Source of the DNA: a virus
Taxonomy: Duplodnaviria; Heunggongvirae; Uroviricota; Caudoviricetes
Strand: one strand, 5' to 3'
IMG/VR virus record: IMGVR_UViG_3300044557_000292
Span: 259,388-323,387 of that record
DNA length: 64,000 nucleotides
The position numbers and the translations under genes were made by a program. Shown piece after piece: positions 1-9,029 of the stretch (position 1 is its first letter; the number at the start of each line of letters is the position of its first letter). The notes beneath the pieces are model-generated. The model did no database searches and was not told the origin of the DNA. It saw nothing but the letters and a program-made list of their open reading frames with translations.

Positions 1-964
1 TGTCACCGGCGGCCTTATTGTAACTGTACGGCACGCCGAACTTATCCCTCTGCTGAGGGGAGAACGTGTTGTCAGTGCAGTCCTTCTCTTCTTCTTCCCC
101 GGTGGCAGAGTCAACGCAGTTGCTCGCAATGATTCCATTCTGATTCTTACTGATGACATCATTGAAGTCGAATTGCTTGTACAGGTTGTCAAGCATGGTT
201 GGATTCGTGTATGAGTTCTGGCGTGGGCTGATGACCAGTTTGAGGCTATACTGTTGCTGAGCCATGGCAAGAATGGTAGAATTACGTGGGCTCATGCCCA
301 GCAGGAACATGGTCGTCGAGTTCTGGGTCTTCGACGTCGCTCCATTAGATGAATCTGAAGAGTTCGATGTGGTAGTTGCCGTAGGATTATCAAGAACCAT
401 CACGTTACGGAAAAGCCACTGGCCAACCTTGATGTTCGACAGGACGCCATTCTGATCTGATGTAGCCGTTCCCGACTGCGTGTCGCTCTTCTTCATGTTA
501 GTTACCATGATGTCGAAGTAATCACCCCTCTGCAGGTTCTCGACAACGGGGTCCGAGTCTCCAGGATCGAATGAAGTGACCACCCAGTTATCGGGTATGC
601 CCTCATTGATCGAGTCAAGCGCCCCAGCGTTAGATGTGGCAACCACATCACCGGCATTCAAGGGGTACTTCGAGTAAATGTTACCAGACTGCACGTCGGT
701 GATGGAAAGCGCGTTAGCTGGAGCGCTTCCCTTACTCGTGGTCACTGGGTACATGTAATCGGGCGTGATTTGAGTTCTAGACGGTATATTCGTGTTCAAG
801 ACGTAGTACGTGTCTTGTTTAGTGACCGAGTTCATGATGTAGAATACACCGAACCCTATTACCGTTGCGATGATGAGAATCAGAACCCACAGCATCTTAG
901 TGTCTTTGAATGATGAGGACGCGCCTAGGGTTTTCAGTCCCCTCTTTGGAGTTTTCCTTGCCAT
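1..964 (-). CDS. CpaB/RcpC-like Flp pilus assembly protein (SAF domain), partial, runs off left edge
   Basis: Own translation from ATG 964 (RBS AGGGAG): MARKTPKRG, TM helix, SAF-like YYVLNTNIPSRTQITPDY and YSKYPLNAGDVV, RcpC-like LQRGDYFDIMV and FRNVMVLD; no stop before position 1. Confidence 0.65.
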   Translation of the reverse strand, partial: MARKTPKRGLKTLGASSSFKDTKMLWVLILIIATVIGFGVFYIMNSVTKQDTYYVLNTNIPSRTQITPDYMYPVTTSKGSAPANALSITDVQSGNIYSKYPLNAGDVVATSNAGALDSINEGIPDNWVVTSFDPGDSDPVVENLQRGDYFDIMVTNMKKSDTQSGTATSDQNGVLSNIKVGQWLFRNVMVLDNPTATTTSNSSDSSNGATSKTQNSTTMFLLGMSPRNSTILAMAQQQYSLKLVISPRQNSYTNPTMLDNLYKQFDFNDVISKNQNGIIASNCVDSATGEEEEKDCTDNTFSPQQRDKFGVPYSYNKAAGD

Positions 965-1330
965 AATACTCCCTATATCATAGAAGCCAGTATTTTCTCA
1001 AAAATGAAGATATCAAGGGCGGTGAATATCTTCCAATGGTGAAAAGGGAACAGTAGATGATACAATAATACCGCATCCATTCATATGAATAAGACTGCAT
1101 CCATTCATATGACTCAGCGTTCTCTCGTTACCAATCTGCGTCATCATACCCATCATCACTACGAGGGGATGGTCAACGGTTCAATAGTTCATTATTGAGA
1201 ATGGAAGATGGATCCTTCACCATGGATTCCCATACGCGAACCCGTGGAGCGTTCATGGCGGTTGCGTCGAGCGGCTATCATAGAGCATACATGGCAGATT
1301 CTTCTACTTGATAGTGATTATGATCATAGA

Positions 1331-2233
1331 TTACTGGGAACAGGTCTTCAGCATGTCAGCAAGCTCGGTCTTATCCCTCTGCGTGACTGACACTTTATAC
1401 TTAAGAGCTGTGTCAACCCAATCGTTAGCATACGCGCACTTGTACTCAGCGCGCGGCGCCCAGGAGAATGGGCCCCGGTCACCCCTCTTATCATTAGAAT
1501 CCTTCGATGTCACCACGAGGTTAGATGAGTCATTAGCATAAGCTTGCTTCTGATCCTTAGACCACGCGGCCCCTCCATGCTGTTCCACATACCCGATGGG
1601 TATCTTGTACGAGATCACTGCGGAGTCTGGATCTGTTATCTTCTCACCGCTGTACGGATCACTGTATGATCCGCTTGTTGGCCTGCAGTTAGAGTCAGTC
1701 TTGAACCCAGCGTTCTTTAACGCTTGTTCACGGGCGTCACACGTGCCTGATACGATCACCCAGTGCGGCCATTCTGAGGCCTTGTACTTGTCGCTAGACG
1801 CATCAGCGACAGTGAGTTGATCTAGTTTGCTGCTGCCAGTGGTCGACGACTTGCCCTCATTGATCCCGTGCTCCTTAGCGTACAGATCTGAATCGGAGTC
1901 ATTGACCGTACCATCACCGTTAAGATCACCGATCTTAGCCTGAGCGTTCCCTCCGTAAAGACATGACGGGTCATCAACAAAATTGCAGATATGATTAAGA
2001 TCGTCATCAAGACCAGAATTGCGAACCTTGTCCGACGTCTGGTTAGACATGTTCTTGAAGTAGTCAATCCCGCCCTGGACGCTCGTGATGTGATTAATGC
2101 TCATGAAGGCAAGTAGTCCACCGATGGCTACAAGAGTGACTACTAACCCGAGCACTTTCCCGCCAAGAGCACTTGACTTAGCGCTCTTCTTCCTAGCCGG
2201 CTTCTTCCTTGCAGGTCTTCTAGCGGCTGCCAT
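1331..2233 (-). CDS. membrane-anchored DUF1524/HNH-fold protein, catalytic motif degenerate
   Basis: Basic N-terminus + TM; DPYSG..., AWS...AYAND..NL, N.K.GD, W.P...C.YA..WV match actinobacterial DUF1524; usual IDH is ISY. Confidence 0.7.
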   Translation of the reverse strand: MAAARRPARKKPARKKSAKSSALGGKVLGLVVTLVAIGGLLAFMSINHITSVQGGIDYFKNMSNQTSDKVRNSGLDDDLNHICNFVDDPSCLYGGNAQAKIGDLNGDGTVNDSDSDLYAKEHGINEGKSSTTGSSKLDQLTVADASSDKYKASEWPHWVIVSGTCDAREQALKNAGFKTDSNCRPTSGSYSDPYSGEKITDPDSAVISYKIPIGYVEQHGGAAWSKDQKQAYANDSSNLVVTSKDSNDKRGDRGPFSWAPRAEYKCAYANDWVDTALKYKVSVTQRDKTELADMLKTCSQ

Positions 2234-2339
2234 GCTTCACCTCACCCGATCGTGCACTCATGATCAATAAGCTTTTCACTAAGGGAAGATATCAATTTCA
2301 GATCACTGATCGACAACTATCCAACAATCAATCTATCGT

Positions 2340-2708
2340 CTATTGCTTCTTATTGGATCTTCTTAATGATCTCGTTATCCTATCGAACAGGTCTCTGAAA
2401 GCATAACCGGCGCCAAGTGTTCTTACGGTATTGAAGAATAAAACCATGCTTGTCCAATTCCACCCAATAAGGAATGAAAGGCCTATGAACAGTGCATACA
2501 GTATAGCCGGGATGGTTAACAATCCCAACATGATCCACGTGGTTATGATCGCGTACAAGTTATATGCAGTGAGAACAAGATTCAACCATTCCAGTGGGCC
2601 ACGGGCGCCATTGACCCTCCAGTCCGTGAACGGGAAGACGTGATGCTCCCACGCGACTGCAATCATTACCGTGATGACGGCCGTGATGACGAGATTAATG
2701 ATCAGCAT
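2340..2708 (-). CDS. membrane protein
   Basis: 122 aa, about 3 hydrophobic segments. Confidence 0.6.
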   Translation of the reverse strand: MLIINLVITAVITVMIAVAWEHHVFPFTDWRVNGARGPLEWLNLVLTAYNLYAIITTWIMLGLLTIPAILYALFIGLSFLIGWNWTSMVLFFNTVRTLGAGYAFRDLFDRITRSLRRSNKKQ

Positions 2709-2796
2709 GATAATCCTCTTGATAAGTCTTTCAAACCATAGTGAAAGATATTGTGAACGTGCCAGCGCAAATAGTAATTACTATAGGAGTCCCCTC

Positions 2797-4647
2797 TCAC
2801 TCATAACCATTCTTCCTCCTGAGGATGCGAGCACGATTCTTCTTCACGTACTGGTAGCATGTCTCCTCATCTCGAAACATTTCCTCCAGGGATACGTCCC
2901 TGCCAATACGGGCTTCTATTCTTGACCTCGCGGTCTGTGATGATGCTACGGACAACGCGACGTAAAGATCCTTCACCCTAGCCTCATTGTCCATAACGTC
3001 CTGTCTTGCAAGCAGTGCTCGCTTCTTCACAGCGTTATCAGCCTTCTTCGCCTCAGGGTCGATGAGGAACGCCTCATCTGGCATGTCATCACCCTCCATG
3101 ATCACATCGTCAATAGACTTGCATCGGCTGAGTGCAACGTAGCCCAATCCCTTCTGGAAGCATGTGGACAGGTTAATGACCGCACCGTCTAGGGTCTGTC
3201 CCTGCGACTTGTGAACGGTGATAGCCCATGCTAGTCGGAGTGGGACGTACCCGACCGTCGCGTCAACGATCTCGACCTCCTTGAGCGTAGGCTCACCATT
3301 GTCATCAACGTCTTTCCTCACCTCGATATGGGTCTTTTTAGCATGAGCATACCCGATGGTCACGGTTCGCATGTCCCTACTCATCTCTTCGGTTATAGTG
3401 CTCGTGTCAATGACCTGCATGTCTGAGGGAAGGCTGTTCATCCTGACCTTGATGATCGGAATCTTACGTCCTAGACCATCGGGCTCTTCACCAAGCTCAA
3501 CAATCTCTCCCATCGACCCGTTCACGTACCCGTTCACGACTCCATTCAACGTGAGCATGACCACAGCACCAGTCTTCAACTCAAGGGGCTTTAACTTCCC
3601 CGAGTTGATGATCTCCTTGCAGTCATCTGGATCCCCAGATCTCTTCAACGGGTAGAAGTGATGCATCCCCGGCAACGCATCTAACTTGGATTGATTGTAA
3701 TTGTCAACGCTCCGGTTGAACGTCCTTAGTCTCGTGTAGACCTTCCCCTTATCGGGGGTGATGTGGAGTCTTGGATAGATGAGCGACTTCAACTCGTCTA
3801 TATTCTTGCCGTCACGGATACCGTTCAGGAGATCATTCAGCCTGGAGTCAGATGATCTCCTCGTACGGTCAAGGTAGCAGAATCGGAATCCTCCAGATGA
3901 GAAGATCTTGTGTCCGTTCACGTCACGAGCATGGAAGCAGTATCCACCGTCAACGAGCTTGCCATCACTATCCAGCTGGTTCGTGTTCACTGGTGGAAGC
4001 TGTAGGAAATCTCCGACGAGCACGACCTGCAATCCACCGAACGGGACGTCACTCTTCCCCTTGGCCTTCCTGCACGCCCTGTCAAGATTTGATAGGAAGT
4101 ACGCTGGAAGCATACTGACCTCATCAACGATAAGCACGTCAGTGTCACGGATCCTCTTCTTAGCATTAAGCCATACCCGTTTCTCGCGATTATGAAGCTT
4201 GTCCTCATCGAACTCATCAACGCTGATCCCAAGACCAGACCACGAGTGGATAGTCCTCCCGAAGATGAGAGCCGCGGCTGCTCCAGTGGACGCTGTGACA
4301 GCAACCTCGAGATGCCTCCCCTCTGATTCCAGTCTCCCTTGGAACCCGTGGATGATCTCCTGGTACTTGTCAATCACCCATGACTTCCCAGCACCAGCGC
4401 TACCGCACAAGATCACATTGTCACCCCGTAGCAGCCAGTACAATGCTTCCATCTGGCTCGTGTACTTGCTCTTTGAGAGTTCGTCTTCAATGTTGAACTC
4501 TGGAACGTGATGATGGAGACCTTTAGGGTATGATGGGTCCTCAGGAATCTGTCCGTTCATGCTTGCGAAAATATCGTCTGCCGAGGAGTCCACTGTGCTC
4601 GTCTTATCGCTATCCGCATTCGTCTTCCCGGTTCTTTCGTTGCCCAT
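2797..4647 (-). CDS. Pif1/RecD-like SF1B helicase
   Basis: GSAGAGKS, ASTGAAA, DEVSM, GDFLQLPPV, ITVHKSQGQTLD, YVALSR; start moved to ATG 4647 (RBS AAGGGA). Confidence 0.92.
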   Translation of the reverse strand: MGNERTGKTNADSDKTSTVDSSADDIFASMNGQIPEDPSYPKGLHHHVPEFNIEDELSKSKYTSQMEALYWLLRGDNVILCGSAGAGKSWVIDKYQEIIHGFQGRLESEGRHLEVAVTASTGAAAALIFGRTIHSWSGLGISVDEFDEDKLHNREKRVWLNAKKRIRDTDVLIVDEVSMLPAYFLSNLDRACRKAKGKSDVPFGGLQVVLVGDFLQLPPVNTNQLDSDGKLVDGGYCFHARDVNGHKIFSSGGFRFCYLDRTRRSSDSRLNDLLNGIRDGKNIDELKSLIYPRLHITPDKGKVYTRLRTFNRSVDNYNQSKLDALPGMHHFYPLKRSGDPDDCKEIINSGKLKPLELKTGAVVMLTLNGVVNGYVNGSMGEIVELGEEPDGLGRKIPIIKVRMNSLPSDMQVIDTSTITEEMSRDMRTVTIGYAHAKKTHIEVRKDVDDNGEPTLKEVEIVDATVGYVPLRLAWAITVHKSQGQTLDGAVINLSTCFQKGLGYVALSRCKSIDDVIMEGDDMPDEAFLIDPEAKKADNAVKKRALLARQDVMDNEARVKDLYVALSVASSQTARSRIEARIGRDVSLEEMFRDEETCYQYVKKNRARILRRKNGYE

Positions 4648-4696
4648 GATTCCCTTCTTGTATGAAATCCATACAGATCTTATTATCCCCGAGAAC

Positions 4697-4784
4697 GGGG
4701 ATGAATCCCGCATAAGCGGGGAATACCAAAATTTTATAGTACCAACCATCTTCATGGGGATGGCCCCGCATAGGCGGTGTATAC
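4697..4784 (-). CRISPR. degenerate type I-E-like mini-array (2 repeats, 1 spacer)
   Basis: Minus-strand GTATACACCGCCTATGCGGGGCCATCCCC and GTATTCCCCGCTTATGCGGGATTCATCCCC, 24/30 identical, 29-nt spacer, resembling GTRTTCCCCGCNNNNGCGGGG repeats. Confidence 0.5.
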
Positions 4785-4935
4785 TGGGGGTCTCCCCGGG
4801 ATCCCAGTGCCCTGAGATTATCAATAGCACGAATCGAGCATGTTCTTCATAAACCGTTATATATTCATGATATGCATCTAGCAATCATTCATATTTAGTT
4901 CGGTAAAAACCTATGCTTAGTATAGCATGCGTAGG

Positions 4936-6171
4936 CTAAACCAAGCTAACGTCTAGTCTATCTAATAGGAACTCGGGGCTTATCATAGATGACGGCTTCA
5001 TCATTGCCCTACCGAATCCAAGTGACTGGACACCCACGCTGAACACGGTGATGACATCAGGCCTGGGATTCACTAGGGATCTTCCAATGTCAGATCCAGC
5101 CATCCACCTGTCCTCGGGTCTGATCGCCCCGGCGATCACTCTTGTCTGCAGATTGGGCAACAGGGCCATGAGATTGGAAGATCCCCCGTCTGCTACGAGA
5201 AGTACTCTTAACCCATGAGCGTTAGCTATGGCTAGAAGGTTCAGTAGGTGCGACATGAACCTTCTAGATTTGCCTTCTAGCGTTGAGAATGCGTCATAAT
5301 CTGAGTTGATGATGCTGACGGCCTTATCAATATCAGCAGGCCATCCCGATGGAGTCACGTTAAGACCAGTGCCCGGTCCTGCCTTAAGCCAGAATGGCGC
5401 TATGCTTCTAGCAATGTGATCGTATTTGATCCTTCCAGCGTAATCATTAAGATCTTCATCTGCGCCCTGTGATAAGAGCAATCCTACTGACCACGCTATG
5501 GAATCATTCAGATCATGTGATATAGATTCGAGGGTGATACTACTCGCACTGTTGGAAGATTGCCCGTGAATGATGACCAATGCTAACAGTAATGCGCTTT
5601 TGCTGGCATCGTCATTGACCCCCAGACCATCAATGTACGAGTTGACCTTACCATACTCTTCATCTGAAAGCGCTGGTCTTACAAGATTATTGGCCTTATC
5701 ATAAAGCCCATCATGTGATTCCCCATTAGACTCTGCACTTGTTAACGGATCACGGCTAGAGTCTTTACGGAGGACTGACTCCCAGTCCTCAATGACGAAT
5801 AGATCTTTGACGTAATCATCTGCTCCAGCATCATCAGGTTCAGACATGATTCCAGATGAAATTGAAGACAATATAGAATCGTGGAGCACCTTGATTCCAT
5901 CATCCAGATCGTATGACGATTGATCATCTGATGGGCTTTTTATGCCGTTATTGGATAGTACGCGAACCTTACCGTTAAGATCTTCTAGAGCCTTAACGAT
6001 CTTGTTGCCCACCTCAATTCTATCAGATCCAGTGATAAGAATATTACTCTCACCATCAAGACCAACCACCCATTTGAGATTGTTCTGCGTGAAGCCGAGC
6101 CCATGCTTGACGCCACTGCCCTTCCTATCCTTAGGGGGCTTGTTTTCCTTCTTCTTCCCGAATCCGAACAT
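4936..6171 (-). CDS. hypothetical protein, possible inactivated P-loop ATPase
   Basis: NILITGSDRIEV (Walker A-like without GKS), LFVIED, RVLLVAD. Confidence 0.55.
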   Translation of the reverse strand: MFGFGKKKENKPPKDRKGSGVKHGLGFTQNNLKWVVGLDGESNILITGSDRIEVGNKIVKALEDLNGKVRVLSNNGIKSPSDDQSSYDLDDGIKVLHDSILSSISSGIMSEPDDAGADDYVKDLFVIEDWESVLRKDSSRDPLTSAESNGESHDGLYDKANNLVRPALSDEEYGKVNSYIDGLGVNDDASKSALLLALVIIHGQSSNSASSITLESISHDLNDSIAWSVGLLLSQGADEDLNDYAGRIKYDHIARSIAPFWLKAGPGTGLNVTPSGWPADIDKAVSIINSDYDAFSTLEGKSRRFMSHLLNLLAIANAHGLRVLLVADGGSSNLMALLPNLQTRVIAGAIRPEDRWMAGSDIGRSLVNPRPDVITVFSVGVQSLGFGRAMMKPSSMISPEFLLDRLDVSLV

Positions 6172-6399
6172 ATATACATTATATCAACCGATCTTCAACC
6201 GCGTCTTCCCGCAAAATAGAAGAAGGCATGATTACGATGGATCCGACATGGATAAGATTTCATTATGATCTTATGCGTCTTTATGGAATCAAAGATGGAG
6301 TCCTATGAGAGGCATGAATTCTTCATTGATATCTTTAATGCAACCAATGGGAAACAGGTCGTTCAGCTGGTATCTGGACAATGAGTAGGAGGAATAGTA

Positions 6400-7002
6400 A
6401 TGGTTAAGTCCGTGAGGGGAGAAGATAAGGATAGCTTGAGGGCAAATGATGATACTGATCTTCACAGTGGTGAAGAATCTACCAATCTTGATAATGAGTC
6501 CGAAGATGTAGAAGATGATTCTAGCAAAGACGTATCGGAGGACGCTCTCGACAATGATGAGCATGATAATGCTGATGGCAATGAGGACAAGCCGGCCGTT
6601 GTCTCTATAGATCATAAGGGCAATGTCCCGTCCTTCGAGTCGCTGAGGAAAGAGCATGACATGATCATTGTAGCCAGGCTAGTCCTCACGGTCGTGGTCG
6701 CGGTGATCCTCCTCATACCAATACCAATATCCATGATTGGCGCGAAGTTCGTCATGTTCGCCCTCCTAGCCTACGCGTCGATCTATAATGAGGTGGACTT
6801 GAGGAAGGAGCATGAGCTTCGTAAGGATGAATTCTCACGTAAAGCGCACGTAGCGTCATACGTGGCGTTCACCGTTGTGCTTGTACTATTCCTCCTGCTC
6901 GCTGTCATAGCTGGCGCTAAGGTGAATTACATTGTTGATGTGACTAACCAGGTCATTAATGCGTATAACGCCGCGGGACTTGGCCCAATCATCGTGAAGT
7001 AG
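6400..7002 (+). CDS. membrane protein with acidic N-terminus
   Basis: RBS AGGAGG, D/E-rich N-terminus, 3 TM segments. Confidence 0.75.
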   Translation: MVKSVRGEDKDSLRANDDTDLHSGEESTNLDNESEDVEDDSSKDVSEDALDNDEHDNADGNEDKPAVVSIDHKGNVPSFESLRKEHDMIIVARLVLTVVVAVILLIPIPISMIGAKFVMFALLAYASIYNEVDLRKEHELRKDEFSRKAHVASYVAFTVVLVLFLLLAVIAGAKVNYIVDVTNQVINAYNAAGLGPIIVK

Positions 7003-7024
7003 GAATTATCTGTCTGTTCATGAA

Positions 7025-7072
7025 ATGGAATCAGCGCAGTGCTCCCAATTGAAAGCACTGCGCTGATTCCAT
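7025..7072. terminator. bidirectional terminator-like hairpin
   Basis: Perfect 19-bp inverted repeat ATGGAATCAGCGCAGTGCT between convergent genes. Confidence 0.75.
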
Positions 7073-7095
7073 ATGTTCTTATGGACTTCTATTAT

Positions 7096-7665
7096 CTACT
7101 CATCGTCATTCTTCTTAGACTTTCCACCACGACTCTTATTGCCGATATTCTCATCTGCACTAAAGTCTTTTGAGGTGGAAAGGATGCTCCAGCCCTTCTT
7201 GCCTTCATACACTGACCACTGGATGGTTGCATTATCAGGATTCTTGCATAGGAATAAGGCTTCTGGTCTGAACCCGTCATCCTTGTAATGGCACTTCAAC
7301 GGGGTCTTCCGCTTCTTGTTCTTGGGGAGATGCTCATTGTAAGCATCAGCCTCCCTCTTGAACTGCGCTCTCTTGACTACTGGAAGTGATTTGGTCATGA
7401 GACTCTCGAAGTCACTCAGATTGTTCATGACAACTGAATGCACGTCCCTATAATTAGAATTATCGGGCTTCTTATACCATACCGTGCTGGCGAGGCCCGG
7501 CCCAAGGGCTTTCACGTTACCATTCCTAGTCAATTCCTTAATGTTGTTAGATGAAGTCCACTTGACGACAAGATTCTTAAGCTCTTCCAGTGACTGATCA
7601 CCATCATATCGTATGAATACTATAGCATATGTCTTCAACGATGTTCCTATGAACGCTTTTACCAT
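7096..7665 (-). CDS. hypothetical protein
   Basis: 189 aa, RBS AAGGAGG. Confidence 0.75.
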   Translation of the reverse strand: MVKAFIGTSLKTYAIVFIRYDGDQSLEELKNLVVKWTSSNNIKELTRNGNVKALGPGLASTVWYKKPDNSNYRDVHSVVMNNLSDFESLMTKSLPVVKRAQFKREADAYNEHLPKNKKRKTPLKCHYKDDGFRPEALFLCKNPDNATIQWSVYEGKKGWSILSTSKDFSADENIGNKSRGGKSKKNDDE

Positions 7666-7799
7666 TATGCTCCTCCTTAAAAGTCAATAATTGACGCAAT
7701 GGAAGAACATGTTACCACTGAAGATGGAGAAGCATAACCGTACCGTGGGTCTGATAGGCAATATCAGATATGGTAATCATGATGGTATGATGGAAACGG

Positions 7800-8153
7800 T
7801 GGAGTCGGAGGGATTCGAACCCTCGTCTTGCTCCCTCTCCCTGATAGCGAATTACAAGCTTCACGCGCACTGCTCTCGGATGGAATCACTGGCGCGCGGT
7901 CATGCTCCCATCCACTTGGATCTTAAACCATAGCGACTAGACCCGTCATCGCTAATCGATGCCGTATGAGCGACGCGGACGAATGCTATCAGGCATTGAC
8001 TTCACATTGTCCACGGACTACGCTGCTAGAGCGAAGTCAGAAGTGTTGTAGGCAGCTTCTGTGTTTCACGAATAGTTAACCATGCTGTTCTATCGTGGTT
8101 CAGCAACTTGCGCTATTCGGTTATGAGGGCCAATCGATTCCTATATCGACCCC
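7800..8153 (-). ncRNA. ssrA: tmRNA
   Basis: 5' GGGGTCGATATAGGAATCGA, 3' GAGGGTTCGAATCCCTCCGACTCCA, G3-U70; tag frame GCC TAC AAC ACT TCT GAC TTC GCT CTA GCA GCG TAG = AYNTSDFALAA. Confidence 0.95.
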
Positions 8154-8512
8154 GTAATAGATAATATATCACAAGAACTGACAAGACGCGACCGTGGCTG
8201 AAGACAGTCCTTGGATCTTTAAAAATATGGACTATATGCTGGCAGATGAACGTTCTGATACCTTAAAGCAAGAGCTTATATTCGACTATGCTCAGAACGC
8301 AACGGTCTACTATGCTTCTGGTGATAGTCTGAACGGACAAGCGCGGAAAAGCTCATTTGCGTATAACGTAACTTCCTGAGTGCTAATCCGCTATAGAATC
8401 ACAAGATCTGTTATGCCCTTGCTACTGGATTCCAGAGAGATCTTGTTTTTGCTGAAACCATAAATAGATGGAACGTCCAAGATGACTACAGCTCGCTCAT
8501 CGTTAGGATCAT

Positions 8513-8543
8513 TAGGGCAGAAGCATGAGCTGCTTCTGCCCTA
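8513..8543. terminator. terminator-like hairpin
   Basis: 13-bp inverted repeat TAGGGCAGAAGCA downstream of 8609..8962. Confidence 0.55.
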
Positions 8544-8608
8544 GACTTTGGCTCAATTCACTAGAGCTGCTCTGATTCACCCTTGTTGAGAGTTTCAAGA
8601 TTCTGATT

Positions 8609-8962
8609 CTAGAAGGCCTCGTCTTGCTGGAGATCCCGGTCTCTCTCAGTTGGTTCGCTAGGACTATCATCAAGATCTCTCAGCGATACGACGCCGAATT
8701 CCGCCTCATACTTACCGTTGAGATACTTGATGACCTCGTCTAGCTTCTCCTGATAGAAGAATCTCATGGCCACATTAGAGCTGAACTCGATAACATACGG
8801 ACCAAGATCCGTGTCGATCTCCTCCCCCCTCATGGGTTGGAGGACGATCGCACGATCATCATCAATATCCCTATCCACGTTATCACGAACCCACCACGAG
8901 ATCACTGATGGCGTCTCTTGCTCACTGGTATCCGAATTGTCTTCTGTTTGGTCAGACATCAT
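8609..8962 (-). CDS. hypothetical protein
   Basis: 117 aa, RBS AGGAG. Confidence 0.7.
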   Translation of the reverse strand: MMSDQTEDNSDTSEQETPSVISWWVRDNVDRDIDDDRAIVLQPMRGEEIDTDLGPYVIEFSSNVAMRFFYQEKLDEVIKYLNGKYEAEFGVVSLRDLDDSPSEPTERDRDLQQDEAF

Positions 8963-9029
8963 TACTCCTAGGTTTTAAATCATAACATTTTTGTACAGGG
9001 TTAATAGTACCAGGAGAGGCTAGTACTAG

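Noticed and set aside
4648-4884. 79-aa N-terminal extension of the helicase
   Set aside because: It crosses the hairpin/repeat region; a better RBS and start lie at 4647
8194-8379. 61-aa plus-strand ORF divergent from ssrA
   Set aside because: No clear RBS or family; cannot be supported
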